A stretch of 64,000 nt of DNA from Octopus sinensis (GCF_006345805.1 NC_043008.1:38936001-39000000); one strand, 5' to 3'. Counted from the stretch's first letter, positions 25,291 through 39,007 are shown. Notes: a model not told the origin generated them from the letters alone. Numbers and translations: made by a program.

Positions 25291-26437
25291 AAAGCGATAA
25301 AAACTTACAGAGGGAGAATAGAGCTGCAAAAATAAAACAAAAAACACAACTATAAAAATGCTTTACGTGTTAACACAATATAAGAGAGAATGAGTGAGAG
25401 AGAGGGGGACGGGAGAGAGAGAGACAGACTGTGACAGAGAGAGATAGAGACAGAAAGAGAAAGATAGACAGAGAGAGAGAGAGAGGCCTAAGTTCACCAT
25501 TTAACTTTATTCTTATAACTTTGTGAAAAATGCACAATTCTTATGAAATTTTGCAGAGATTCGATGCAAAAGATTACGATTAATGTGACAGAATTTAGAA
25601 ATCTAATTAGATACATCTCCTCAAAATGTATAACAAAGAAACTTGTCTTATTTAATTTCATTTTAAAGCAAAAGATATTTTTTTCTTTTAAAAATTAATA
25701 TTCAGTTATTCACTCTGCATATGCGCCAAGAAATTTGGTGTAGATAAGTTACAATTATTGTATGTACGCCATATTTCCTGATATCATCCATAATAGCAAA
25801 AGTATACTTCCAAACTTCCTTGTCATATGTAGTGTACGACAGAGAAACCTCCCACACTTGTTTTTACACAGCATCATAACTAATGACGTTCGGTAACTGT
25901 TAAAGGGGTCTTCATGTCACTAATGTTTTACACTCTTTATTAGTCTACTTTTCTTTAGCTATCATTATGTTTTGGGTCGGTGCTGTTGGAGCATTTATCG
26001 AGGAAGGCTTTTCTCCGCAGCCTATATTTTACTAAAGAGCCTATATATCTATTTATATATTCTAATAAATTTTATCCGTCGTTCTAGACAAATTTAATCT
26101 ATAAAATGTCTTGCATATTTAATTTATGTCACGACATACATCTTTTCCTGGTTGATTTCGCTTTTCACAATTTAGGCTCGATAATATAAAATTAATACTG
26201 AGGTCAATAAAACCGATTATATAAAATATTCTTTATATGTATGCCTAGGCGAAGTGATACTCCATCAAAAGGGTACCTGGTTTGATTCGTAAATAGATAC
26301 ACACCCACATGATCATACACATACACACACATACACACGCACATATATATACACTGGCAGTGGCTGAGGCACACATATACATATGTGTGTTCTCGCGCGT
26401 TTATGTTGTTGTTATTAATGTCATCATTATTATCGAA

Positions 26438-26820
26438 GGCGGCGAGCTGGCAGAAACGTTAGCACGCCGGGCGAAATGCTTTCCGGTATTTCGTTCTGAG
26501 TTCAAATTCCGCCGAGGTCGACTTTGCCTTTCATCTTTTCGGGGTTGATTAAATAAGTAACAGTTACACACTTGGGTCAATATAATCGACTTAATCCGTG
26601 TGTCTGTCCTTGTTTGTTCTCTGTGTGTTTAGCCCCCTGTGGGCAATAAAGAAATAAGTATTTCGTCTGTCGTTACGTTCTTAGTTCAAACTCCACCAAG
26701 GTCGACTCTCACCCTTTCGGAGTCAGCAAAATAAGTACCAGTGAAATACTGGAGTCGATGTAATCGAGTTATCCCCTCCCCAAAGTGGCTGCCCCTGTGG
26801 CAAAATTTGAAACCATTAAA
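26438..26820 (+). mobile_element. SINE family C with partial tandem unit
   Basis: Family-C head and core, second partial unit from about 26655. Confidence 0.8.
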
Positions 26821-27938
26821 TTATCATTATTATTATTTGAAACTATACATGTATATATTAATATATACACACACTCATATATACATGCATAAGCATATGC
26901 ATATATATATATATATATATGGATGCTCACACACTTACACATATAGGTATAGATATATACACACATGTAATATGTAGTGCAGTGTATTCCCATATTAACT
27001 ACACACACACACACACGCACACACACAGCAATGCAGGTAGAAAGACAAACAGGAAGACAGATAGACAGACAGACGGACAGACAGACGGACAGACAGACAG
27101 AAAGGCAAGATATAGCGGCCGGTTGTCACTTCTCAGACTCTTGAAGGCATCAGAGAAAGAAACTGTTATTGGCTAATATTTCGTCATACAGTGGAAAATA
27201 TGTTTTCTTGGTTACTGGCGAAACTCATGCAGATGTTTCACTTGTTTCACGATTGAAAACTGAGAACTACATTTGTTTGTAGTGATGCTGAAGACGAGTG
27301 TGGGTAGTAGGTCTGCCAAAAGAGAGAAATGGAATACGTACCTAACTTCAAAAGTAAATACTGGGGGTCGATTTGTACGACTAAACATTTCAAGACGGTT
27401 TCCCAACATGGCAGCAGTCCAGTGAGCAGAACAAATAAAAGCAAAGGAATAAAATGGCTGACACCGGTATATGAAGGTAGATATATCAATAAGAGGAACT
27501 ATTTTTAACTCCACTCTACCAATAAGGACTATAAAACTGCATATAAAGGTCCTGTTTCCTTGCCTGCTCACCCTCAGACTAACTATTGGCTGGTGATGAT
27601 ATACCTACGCTTGTAATTATCGAATTTACTGATCGTATGAGAAACCAAAATGGACGGATTAAATAAGACGTTGATCACTAATACCGGAGACCAGAAAACA
27701 AGGATGAGTCAAGTTATTTATTTTTCTTGTCAAGTTAAAGCTGGTCATACATTTTTGCCAGTATTGCTGATGTGACCAGGATCATCGCTGCAGCTGCTTG
27801 CTCAGCTTTTCCATTTGAGAGGTGCTTATATTTATGCATATTATATGTATTATGCGTGTGCGTATGTGTATGCATGTGTGTGTCTGTTTGTATATATATA
27901 TATATGCATATCTTATGTATATATATACTTCTCTCTCT

Positions 27939-28016
<78 letters not shown>

Positions 28017-28684
28017 TATATATATACATATTTGAATATATTTATGTATACACATATTAGAGATATGTGTGTCTGGGTGGGTGTGGGTGTATGTGTGGGT
28101 GTTTATATGCCTGCATGTATATATGTATGCATTATGGCCCTTCAACAGAGTTGAAATAAACGTGCCAGGTTGCACAAGTTAGATTTGCATGCAATCTCCA
28201 TTTATCTTAATCTTTCACGTAACCACTCTCTAGACAAACGCACTCTACAACATTCCCTGTGCACGCGCACGCACACACACAGAAATATACACGCATATGT
28301 TATTGCTCTCAATCTAGCCAGTAATCAACAAAATCTCCTCATATACACATATACACAATCAGACAAATACATACGCACACATTTTCAGTTTCCTATATAT
28401 ATATATATATATATATAATATATTATTATACACATATACATATATATATACATATATATATAATTATATATATATATATATATATACATATATATATGCA
28501 TGTATGTGTATGTATCTATGTATGTATATGTATATATATATATATGTATGTACATATGTGTACATATATTATAACGTTTATGTATATACACTCAACACAC
28601 ATATATATGTATGTAAGTATATATTTATATATATATAATATATATATTTATATATATATATATAATATATATTATGTAAGTATA

Positions 28685-28725
<41 letters not shown>

Positions 28726-28791
28726 CATATATATATACTTGCATACATATATATATATATATTTATATATATATATATATAATGTATGTAA

Positions 28792-28842
<51 letters not shown>

Positions 28843-30060
28843 ATATATATATATTATAGAGAGAGAGAGAGAGAGAGAAATATATACTTACATACATATA
28901 TATATATATACTTGCATACATATATATATATTTATATATATATATTGTATGTAAGTATAATATATATGTATGTATGTATGTATGCATGTATATATATTAT
29001 ATATATATATATATATATATGTATTTTATATGTACGCATGTATGCATAATACACACACACACACACATACATATGTATATATATGCGTGTGTAGAAAGAG
29101 AGATGGAGAGCAGTGCAACCTTGACCGTAATGTCTCATGACAATGGATGAAATGTAATATGATTCTATGTTTCAAAGGAATTAAGCTTCCTGGATTATAT
29201 GGATTAGGGGGTCATAGGATCTTTCTCCCGTTCTAATGGTCGTATTTGGTTAAATCGATATCATTTCATAATGCCCTCTTGGAGCATACATTTACACTCG
29301 CGTACGCATATACGCATAAACAAGCCCGTGCACAATGATATATACACATGCAATATACACACGTATATATACATATATGCATATATACATATACATATAT
29401 ATATATATAGACGCTCGTACATAGACAGTGATTTTCAAACATTCACACATAGGGAAATAGATGACTAATAGTCAAATATATGCAGAAGCAAACAGTTATA
29501 TACACACCTCACTTCTAATCACGAATCCAGACATATAAACGTATTTATGCTTAGCCATATATAGATGCAGAACTAAAGTACACTTACGCACGCACGCACG
29601 CGCCCACGAGCTCTTAGAAGCGATGAAGCGATATATCCTCAACGCTACACACGTACACAGTTGCTGTCATACGAACCTGCCATCTCTAACTCGCCAGCAA
29701 CGTATGCACACGTGCAAACATAAATACTTTGATACACACATATATAAATACATACGTAGATACATAAAAACACTCGTACACACATACATACATACATACA
29801 TACATACATACATACATACATACATACATACATACTTACATTCATACATACATACATACATACATACATACATACATACATACATACTTACATTCATACA
29901 TACATACATACATACATACATACATACATACATACATACATACTTACATTCATACATACTTACATGCCTATAAACGTTCATAGGTACTTAAATATAAGCA
30001 TACATGCCTCTGTATATATATATATATATATACATAGATACATAAATGCATACATGCATA

Positions 30061-30430
30061 CATCGTTGGGGCCTCGGGATATGTAACACACTGCCTAAAT
30101 ACTAACCTTGAGAAATTAGGCTTCTCAAAACCAGAAAGGAGGGAGTTAATTCGAAGACTACAGATCCAATCCTTCACTGGAACTGTATAAATCTGTAAAA
30201 CTTTCCAGAAGTTTATTATTTAAATATTTATGACAACGCCTAGATATGCAAGTATATGCATGAGAAGACATGCATAAAACAAAACATACAAATCCGCACA
30301 TATACGTAAGTACACACATACAAAATACCCTGTTGATGTTGAAATTTCAATGAAGGAGCATTCCATCTAGGATAGAAACCGGCTCTCTCTCTCTATTTGA
30401 AAGAAACCCTGAAATAAAACGTAATAATGA
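30061..30430 (+). mobile_element. R4/Dong 3' fragment 1
   Basis: IVGASGYVTHCLNTNLEKLGFSKPERRELIRRLQIQSFTGTV*ICKTFQKFII* (RLE C-terminus) plus 3'UTR ending AATAAAACGTAATAATGA. Confidence 0.8.
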
Positions 30431-30438
30431 CATGCATA

Positions 30439-30790
30439 CACACTGACTAAATACCAATTTTGAGCAATTAGGTTTCTCAAAATCAGAAATGACAATGCTG
30501 ATTCGAATCTATAGATCCAGTCCATCACTGGAACTGTAAAAATCTGTGAAACTTTCCAGAAGTTTATCATTTGAATATACATGAGCTTGTCTAGATATGC
30601 AACTATATGCATGACTATATTTCCATTAAACAAAACTTTCGAATCTGCATATATACATATATTCATAAATACAAACGTGCAAATATACCGTGTAGATGTT
30701 GCAATTCCAATGAAGGAGCCTCGGATCTAGGTTAGAATTCGGCTCTTTTACTCTATTGGCAAGAAATCTTGAAATAAAACTGAATAAGGA
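30439..30790 (+). mobile_element. R4/Dong 3' fragment 2
   Basis: Homologous to fragment 1; ends AATAAAACTGAATAAGGA, followed by (CATA)n. Confidence 0.8.
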
Positions 30791-30920
30791 TATACATGCA
30801 TACATACGTACATACATGCATACATACATACATACATACATACATACATACATACATACATACATAATACATACATACATACATACATACATACATACAT
30901 ACATACATACATACATACAT

Positions 30921-31307
30921 AGAGATCAGCTGCCCTGCAGATATAAATATCTCTGAAAATCAAAGAAAAGAAGGATATCTATGGACAATTCCTTCCAAAC
31001 CTTCGGGTTTTATATCCAGACTATGAATTCATATTCATAGTAATAATAATTGGAACACTAGGTTTTGTTAGTAAATGCTTAAAGGAGAATCTGGATAAAC
31101 TGGGATTCTCAGAAAGAGAAATCAGCCAGCTAATTCGTACATTACAGGTACAATCTGTGAGTGGAACAGTAAATATATGCAAGACCTTTCTCAAGTTCCA
31201 AATGTGAATTTGTCTGTGTTAACTACATCCCAGATTTGGAGGCTTGTATCTTTGTTGGAAACTGTCTCCCTCATCAGTGGAACATTTACAATAATTAAAA
31301 GATAGGA
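30921..31307 (+). mobile_element. R4/Dong 3' fragment 3 (different subfamily)
   Basis: EISCPADINIS...LYPDYEFIFIVIIIGTLGFVSKCLKENLDKLGFS...GTVNICKTFLKFQM*; (CATA)n on both sides. Confidence 0.8.
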
Positions 31308-31325
31308 CATACATACATACATACA

Positions 31326-31359
<34 letters not shown>

Positions 31360-31712
31360 CATACATACGTACTACGTACATACATTCATACATACATACA
31401 TACATACATACATACATACATACATACATAGTGACTGCTTTCTCGTATACGAGCAAAGCCATTGCTCGAAAGTATCATTGAAATGATTCATTGATAATGC
31501 AATGTGACGGCCTTCAGTTGCACAAAGCCATGAACACGATCATGAATGTATAGAGACTGAAGTACACCGTTCCATGTATATAATATAACTGGACCATATA
31601 ATCGTTTCCCATTTGTATATTTGAATTCATCTCGATATTTGCCAACTCTTTATTTTTTCACGCATTTCAGCTGTTTTGGGGGATGGTGGCAAACGCGTCG
31701 AGTTGGCATAAC

Positions 31713-31946
31713 GCGGCGAGCTGGCAGAAACGTTAGCATTCCGGGCGAAATGCTTAGCAGTATTTCGTCTGCCGCTACGTTCTGAGTTCAAATTCCACCG
31801 AGGTCGACTTTGCCTTTCATCCTTTCGGGGTCGATTAAATAAGTACCAGTTACGCACTAGGGTCTATATAATCGACTTAATCCGTTTGTCTGTCCCTGTT
31901 TGTCCCCTCTGTGTGTAGCCCCTTGTGGGTAGTAAAGAAATAGGTA
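31713..31946 (+). mobile_element. SINE family C
   Basis: Family-C head, core and tail. Confidence 0.85.
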
Positions 31947-31948
31947 TA

Positions 31949-32132
31949 GTGAATCCAGGTAAAAAAAAGTCACAAGAAAGTAAGTTACGGAAAAAAAAGT
32001 CACAGAAGTTTTGTCCGGTGGGGTGGTGTCCGAGGGGGTTTTGTCTGGATCCCATGAATTAACTGTGACTTTATTACCGGTCACCATAAATTAATTATGA
32101 CTTTTATCCTGTGACTTTATAACCGGTCACCG
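31949..32132. mobile_element. Possible MULE-type MITE
   Basis: Repeated inverted motifs GGTAAAAAAAAGTCAC / GTGACTTTA..ACCGGTCACC and internal GGGGTTTTGTC; no clear TSD. Confidence 0.4.
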
Positions 32133-32441
32133 ATATAGTTACCTGGGTATTTTCTGCGGGGTTTATCCGAATTACTCAAAGTCGACTGCCAGGAGCTTCC
32201 GGGATTGTCTTTGTTAATCATTTATTTTTCCAGTTTCTATTTATAGATCCTTTAATGTTGTAGTCTCCTTTGATCGATGTAAACTCTACCTGCTTTTCTG
32301 TGTCGTATCTCGCCCTTTGATATTCTCCACCATGTGTTGGACCCTTTTGACCCAAAAAGAAATCCATATTATTATTATTATTGTTATCATCATCATCATC
32401 ACCATTACTATGATGATGATCATCATCATCATCATCAGCAT

Positions 32442-32482
<41 letters not shown>

Positions 32483-32514
32483 GCATCATCCATCATTATT
32501 ACTATCATTGGGAA

Positions 32515-32730
32515 GGCGGCGAGCTGACAGAATCGTTAGCGCGCCGAACGAAATGCTTGGTGGCATTTCGCTCGTCGCTACGTTCTGAGTTCAAATTCCA
32601 CCGAGGTCGACTTTGCCTTTCATGCCTTTCGGGGTCGATAAAATAAGAACCAGTTGAACACTGGGGGTTGATGTAATCGACTCATCCCCTCCCCGCAAAC
32701 TGCTGCCCTTGTGGCAAAATTTTAAACCCT
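32515..32730 (+). mobile_element. SINE family C
   Basis: Family-C head and core. Confidence 0.8.
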
Positions 32731-32741
32731 TGTTATTATTA

Positions 32742-32805
<64 letters not shown>

Positions 32806-32814
32806 CATTATTAT

Positions 32815-33026
32815 CATTCAGTAGTTTTATTTTTATGACGTGCTTTCACTTCACTACCGAACGCAGCTCTGTGTGCCTTGGGTATGTGCTGTGATTTGTT
32901 GTGATGCTCTGATGATTACTGTATTGAAAGTGTTCTGCGTAGGATATGTGCAGTGCCTAGTGGTGCAATTTTCTGTATGTTATATGTGTTTGTAAGTCCT
33001 AGTGTTTTTGTTATGTATTTGTCTGA

Positions 33027-33027
<1 letters not shown>
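32815..33027 (-). mobile_element. R4/Dong 3' fragment inside a (TAA)n tract
   Basis: NSDKYITKTLGLTNTYNIQKIAPLGTAHILRRTLSIQ* (QK..LLGTA.ILR motif); (TTA)n on both sides. Confidence 0.8.
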
Positions 33028-33088
<61 letters not shown>

Positions 33089-33879
33089 GCTAGCGCATAC
33101 TAATTTAGTAGAAAGGTATTATATCTTGATGCTTAGTGACAACAAGTTGCCTCGAATCTCAAGAATATTCCGTAGAGCTCTTGCAGAATAAAGGATGGTA
33201 CTCTTTAATATAGAATTGTTGCATAGGCCATCCACAATCTACACAGCTTTCTGTGCTAATTCCTAATATTTCACAAATTTTTCCTTATTGTTGTTGTTGT
33301 TGATATTTTCATCATCAAGGTCATTATTATTATCATCATTATTATTAAAGTAATTGTGTGCGCTGCACCTGTATCAGAAATAATTAAGTTGGAAGTAATC
33401 GTGTTGGAAACCTTTCTTATTAAAATATTTAGAAATCATAAAAGAAATTATGATTACTTATAAACACAAAGAAACCATTATTATTTATTGTATATGTTGG
33501 AGTTATTTTGGCAAGGTTGAGAATTTAGAAGTTAGACCAAATTAATAATATCGATTTCTTAGATGGACAAACTTGTAATAATATTGGGAGTGGCTGTGTG
33601 GTAAGTAGGTTGCTTACCAACCACATGGTTCTGATTTCAGTCCCACTGCGTGGCACCTTGGGCAAGTGTATTCTACTATAGCCTCGGGCCGATCAAAGCC
33701 TTGTGAGACGGAAACTGAAAGAAACCCGTCGTATATATATATATATATATAACTTATAAAATAAGGGCAAAATAAAAATTCTAATGCCAAATATGCCGAA
33801 AAAAAGACAAAATTGTCAATAACCATTATAATTTATGCGTCTCGAAACAAGCCGATAGAAATTTCTAAAACATCCGTTA

Positions 33880-33929
33880 TTACCGTATTGGTCCCAATTT
33901 CGTAAGAATTTTCCCCTCTTCAGCGATAA
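33880..33929 (-). ncRNA. Inverted copy of the 34031 hammerhead with an 11-nt deletion in stem II
   Basis: Same sequence except loss of TGAATTAACCC. Confidence 0.7.
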
Positions 33930-34030
33930 ATACGTAAGACATGTGCGGAAGATTTTCTATTTAGGATATATTTGGGGTACTTTGGTCTGCTCATGGGTAT
34001 GAGTAAGTATTCCATTTCTGTCTTACGTAT

Positions 34031-34091
34031 TTATCGCTGAAGAGGGGAAAATTCTTATGAATTAACCCCGAAATTGGGACCAATACGGTAA
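34031..34091 (+). ncRNA. Type I hammerhead ribozyme motif, intact core
   Basis: Stem I UUAUCG/CGGUAA; CUGAAGA; stem II GGGG..AAUUC-UUAU-GAAUU..CCCC; GAAA-UUGG-GA-CCAA-UA; AUA triplet, predicted cleavage after 34085. Confidence 0.8.
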
Positions 34092-34311
34092 TACCGAATT
34101 TTTTAGAAATTTCTATCGGCTTGTTTCGAGACGCATAAATTATAATGGTTATTGACAATTTTGTCTTTTTTTCGGCATATTTGGCATTAGAATTTTTCTT
34201 TTGCCCTTATTTTATAAGTTATTTATAAATTTAACCTTTAAAGGTATTTTTTTATATGCTGGCCATTGATAAAAATTTTTTCGAAAAATAAAAATTTTAT
34301 CCTACATTAGT

Positions 34312-34386
<75 letters not shown>

Positions 34387-34563
34387 TGTATGTATGTATG
34401 TATGTATGTATGTATGTATGTATGTGTGTGTATATGTTTGTGTGTATGTGATCGTCCCCCCAGCATCGCTTTACAGCCGATGCCGTTGTGTTTACGTCCC
34501 CGTAACGTAGCCGTTCGGCAAAAGAACCGATAGAATAAGTACTAGGCTTTCAAAGAATAAGTC

Positions 34564-34687
34564 GTCTTTGGTCGTCTTTGGTCGTCTTGTTGTATTCGAG
34601 GGCCCTTCATTGACGCCCAACGCCACTGGGAGGTGGCGCTCGAAGTTGCTGGAAATGGAGATCTCCAGGTCCAAATTTTTGAACGGC
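34564..34687 (-). mobile_element. 124-bp 5'-truncated retroposon
   Basis: 10-bp TSD AGAATAAGTC (34554-34563 and 34688-34697); tandem (CAAAGACGAC)n 3' tail on the minus strand. Confidence 0.8.
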
Positions 34688-35204
34688 AGAATAAGTCCGG
34701 GTGTCGATTTGCTCGACTAAAGGCGTTGCTCCAGCATGGCCGCAGTCAAATGACTGAAACAAGTAAAAGAGTAAAAGAGTGATATACAAACGGAATGTTT
34801 TCCTTATTTTTGGTTGCTTCGCTTTATGTATTTTGGTTCTTTTTGTTCTCATGGCCCCTGGCGTAATTCTGTATGGTGACAATAGGTGAGAGTAAATCTG
34901 TTATTGTTATAGTTTAACATTGTTACAGTAATTAATCGGATATATGTTCTTTATATTTTAGACGATTGTGAGCAAAGAGGTAGAGTTGAAGGGGTTGTAG
35001 TTGGTTTTTGTTTCTTGTGTTTAACCTTCAAATAATCCCGTATTAAGAAAAGACCAGTCACCTGGCATTCCAGCTATCTTTTTGTTTGATCGTTTTTTCT
35101 TCCATTACGTCCTTTATTTTTCCCAGGCATAGTAAACTAGTACTACATTATCCAATGTTTTATTATTATTATTATTATCATTTCAAGGTAACAGGATCAC
35201 ATAT

Positions 35205-35432
35205 TCTTACTCTTTTACTCTTTTACTTGTTTCAGTCATTTGACTGCGGCCATGCTGGAGCACCGCCTTTAGTCGAGCAAATCGACCCCAGGACTTATTC
35301 TTTGTAAGCCCAGTACTTATTCTATCGGTCTCTTTTGCCGAACCGCTAAGTTACGGGGACGTAAACACACCAGCATCGGTTGTCAAGCCGCACACACACA
35401 CACACACACACACATACACACACATACATACA

Positions 35433-35477
<45 letters not shown>

Positions 35478-35497
35478 ACACACACACACACACACAC

Positions 35498-35539
<42 letters not shown>

Positions 35540-35712
35540 ATATATATATTATATGTATACATTCTTTCAGTTTCCGTCTACCAAATCCACTCACAAGGTT
35601 TTGGTCAGCCCGAGGCTAACGCAGAAGACACTTGCCCAAGGTGCCACGCAGTGGGACTGAACCCGGAACCATGTGGTTCGTAAGCAACCTACTTACAACA
35701 CAGCCGCTCAAA
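35205..35712 (-). mobile_element. SINE family D, full length
   Basis: Head, CORE-like box, microsatellite and tail all present. Confidence 0.85.
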
Positions 35713-36379
35713 CGCCTATACATGGAATTTGCTGCTATTTCTTGCTGTTCGGTTGGCCATTGAAAAGCTTCTTCATTGGTTCCTGAACAAAGACAAAGAA
35801 TTTAATTGCTGGCTTTGTGATCATCATTCATACGCTTACATTTAGAAGTTCTCCTTTACAGTGTTATATTTAGTATACATACAACTCTGGCTGATTTAAT
35901 TAATCATCTTATTAATTATTTAATTAATATTCTCTGCCGTTCCAAATGAATCATGTCTTTCAGCAAAAATTAATATTCTTGTTATAGATATTGTTTAGAC
36001 ATAGTGTCTGCCCGATGAGGACAATCACTAAATGGCGCCGAAATACTGGCTGGAAAACCTAAGAGTTATCCACAATCATAGTATTGCGTTAAGATTTTGC
36101 ATCTACCTCTCTGACTGAAAACTACCATCTATACTCCGGCATTAAACAATTAATCAGGGTGCAGCAGGGTCGTCCTGATATTTCGCCACTCACCAAGCTG
36201 CTTTTAAAATTCTAGAGCTTCCACTTTAATAGATTTGTTTAATACCGTCAAGTACCTTTAAATGTATGCCGCTTGGTTCGATTCCTGTTCACGTGGGTCT
36301 AAGCAATCCGTAACAACTACCACTGCCATACAACACATCTTCGTATACCAGTCCTCAAAGCATCACACCTTGCCATACC

Positions 36380-36790
36380 GTCCATTCGTCATGAACTGTA
36401 TCGCACTTCTCTAGTATATCACCTTTTCCTGTACTATACCATACCATAGTACAGCTGGCTCCGGCTGACAGTACCCGGTATGGACCCCTATCCAGGGTTA
36501 CGGAAAGGAGACAACCTTCACAGAAATCCGGAGCAAAGCCCCGTAGGCGGTTTAGTGTTCGGCTTGGCACTCTTTCGGCAACTCCTGCAACCAAGCTGGT
36601 GCCAAATGTAATACTCTGCACTCCTTTGGACTACGTCAGCAAGGTTGAGAGAGGAATCCTGACGATTGGGCTACCCAGGATTTTCTTACATCTAGCCCAG
36701 GCCTGCGCAAAACTGGAGAGGACTTGATTACTGGATTAGCTTATGCGCAGCTCCATTGTCTTCCGAGACAAAAGGATGCCAACAACCATA
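36380..36790 (+). mobile_element. Possible 5' region of an RTE-clade LINE
   Basis: GC-richer block with GGCAACTCCTGCAACCAAGCTGGTGCCAAA...TTTGGACTAC, which I recall from RTE 5' regions; not verified. Confidence 0.35.
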
Positions 36791-37748
36791 CCATAAATGG
36801 GGTAAAACACAATGCAGAAGGTCCTGAGACCAAATTCCTCTCAGTGTTTACTTAGTAGAGGAACATAATGCTGAAGAATTTTCAATTAAATTCTTTTCAG
36901 TGTTTAGTTTTGCCCTTCTCCTTTCTGACTTCAACTCACACAATGATTTTGCATTTACACTACATCTAGAGTAGGTAGTTTTTAGCAGAACCAGTTTGAC
37001 AGCAACATTTCTCGGGGAATTGGCGGCCGTCTGCTATTATTAAATATCTGCATTTGATTAGGTTCTACACAGAACATGGCAGGTTCCACAGAGAAGATGG
37101 TAGGTTTCACAAAATACATGGTTTAGTGCGTAAACCATTGTCTATTAGCTCGTAGTTCCTTGGTTCAAATCTGTTGCCGAATTGTATTTTCTTTTTTTTT
37201 TTTGTCCTTTTTCTGATCAGGGGTCATCATTATTATATCCATGCGTGTATGGTGTGCATGTGTATGTGTATGCGTGTGTGCGTGTGTGTGCGTGTGTGTG
37301 TATGTGCGTGTGTGTGTGTGTGTGTGTGTCTGGGTGTGTCTGGGTGTGTCTGTGTGCGTATGTGATACCAGTCTAAGTACGTTGAGAGATATTTGAATGA
37401 TTAAAAGTATTTTCTTGCGGTTTATTATCGAGAAATAATTCTCGCTTGAGACAAAAAAAAAAGTGTAAAACACTACAGATAGCTAAGAGTGCCCTCTATT
37501 GAGTGATGGATTTTTAAATAATTTCGTACTAGTCAGCATCATATAACTTTTGCCTCAATCGAGAATTTTTCCTCCAGGACAAACTGCAATGAAAAGCCTA
37601 TAACAAATTCAAATACTTCTCAAGCATGTTTGAAATGCTATCAAATTTGTTTACTTTCAGTTACTGCTTTACGTATCTACCCATAAATAAATGAACACAT
37701 ACATACATGCATACATACATACATACATACATACATACATACATACAT

Positions 37749-37788
<40 letters not shown>

Positions 37789-38483
37789 ACATACATACAT
37801 ACATACATACATACATACATACATACATACATACCTACATACATACATACATACATACGTACATACGTACGTACATACATACATACACAGTAGGAGAGAA
37901 CAGGACCATTGCAAAATTAAACTCAATCGCAAAATTTTTTTCGCTTTCACCAAAAAGGTCGCTATCTCATCTATTGTACCTTTCATTGATAACGAATTCC
38001 TTCTCCATAGTGATGCAAAAACTGACATGATTTAGGTTCTGCGGAAGTAACACTTCTTCACTTTAATGCTTTGGCAGTATAACTTAGCTTTTCTCTCACT
38101 TCAAGTCTTTTTAAAACATAAAACCGTATAAGAATTATACGATCCTGTTTTGTACTTCTGCCTTCAGTTCTACTTGATAGCTTCTTTCTAGACATCTTAA
38201 ATTGAAGGCAAATCCAAAAACAGTAGCGAATAATTATACCAAACAAATGTGAGATAGAAAAAATTGATACAGGAAAGATATGTTTTGTGAGAACAGAAAA
38301 TTGTCTTATTCTTGTGGATGTAAATAATGAAAATGAGATGAAAAATTCAAGGACTGGTGAAGAAAAGTTATTATATGAAGGGACGCCACATTTTATAGGT
38401 AATTCGCCCTCTGCACTTCTGACTTAAAGACTTAAACACACATACACAAATACACACACACATACACAAATACACACACACAG

Positions 38484-38517
<34 letters not shown>

Positions 38518-38966
38518 ATACACACATACACATACACACACACACACAGACATACACACAGACACACTCATACGAACACACTCACATACACTCATCCAGA
38601 CACACACACACAAACAGACTCATACAGACATAATCTCTTTCTCACTCATACACGCGCGCACTCATCGATACAGGTGTTGGCGCGTACATGCTGATATCGG
38701 ATGTAGCAAGTTTGATTGAAAATTTAGTGGGTTGATAATGGCAATATGGGATGCATTAGCTTAGATGTTTTGTGATTGTGGGCGGGTATCGTTTTAGGTG
38801 GAGGGGGTCATATAGCTTTTGCTGCTTGTATTTTGGCTTTTTTGCCCTACAGACGAAGATCAAAGACAGTTCGTTCAACTCTTAAAAGACAGTAGGATAC
38901 CACATAATGTATTTTCATTTGAAAATTGTGTTGGTGTTGGTGAAACACGCACGCCGCGCGCGCGCA

Positions 38967-39007
<41 letters not shown>

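Larger units (their letters stand above)
33750..34314. mobile_element. Penelope-like pLTR fragment with an inverted duplicate
   Basis: Inverted arms 33750-33941 and 34019-34221, 77-nt spacer, hammerhead in each arm, (TA)n on both sides. Confidence 0.75.
33586..34780 (+). mobile_element. SINE family D split by two nested insertions
   Basis: Head 33586-33735, tail 34440-34780; PLE relic in its internal (TA)n and a 124-bp retroposon in its tail. Confidence 0.8.

Noticed and set aside
25959-26100. Hydrophobic frame vaguely like an innexin TM segment (GRLFSAAYILLKSLY)
   Set aside because: Similarity is short and low-complexity, with no splice donor or other innexin exons
27740-27832. Possible exon WSYIFASIADVTRIIAAAACSAFPFE
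   Set aside because: Weak splice signals and no recognisable homology
36380-36700. HDV-like ribozyme expected at RTE 5' ends
   Set aside because: I could not map P1-P4 and the catalytic C convincingly
38058-38246. Possible Tc1/IS630 HTH remnant
   Set aside because: Motif too degraded, no TIRs found
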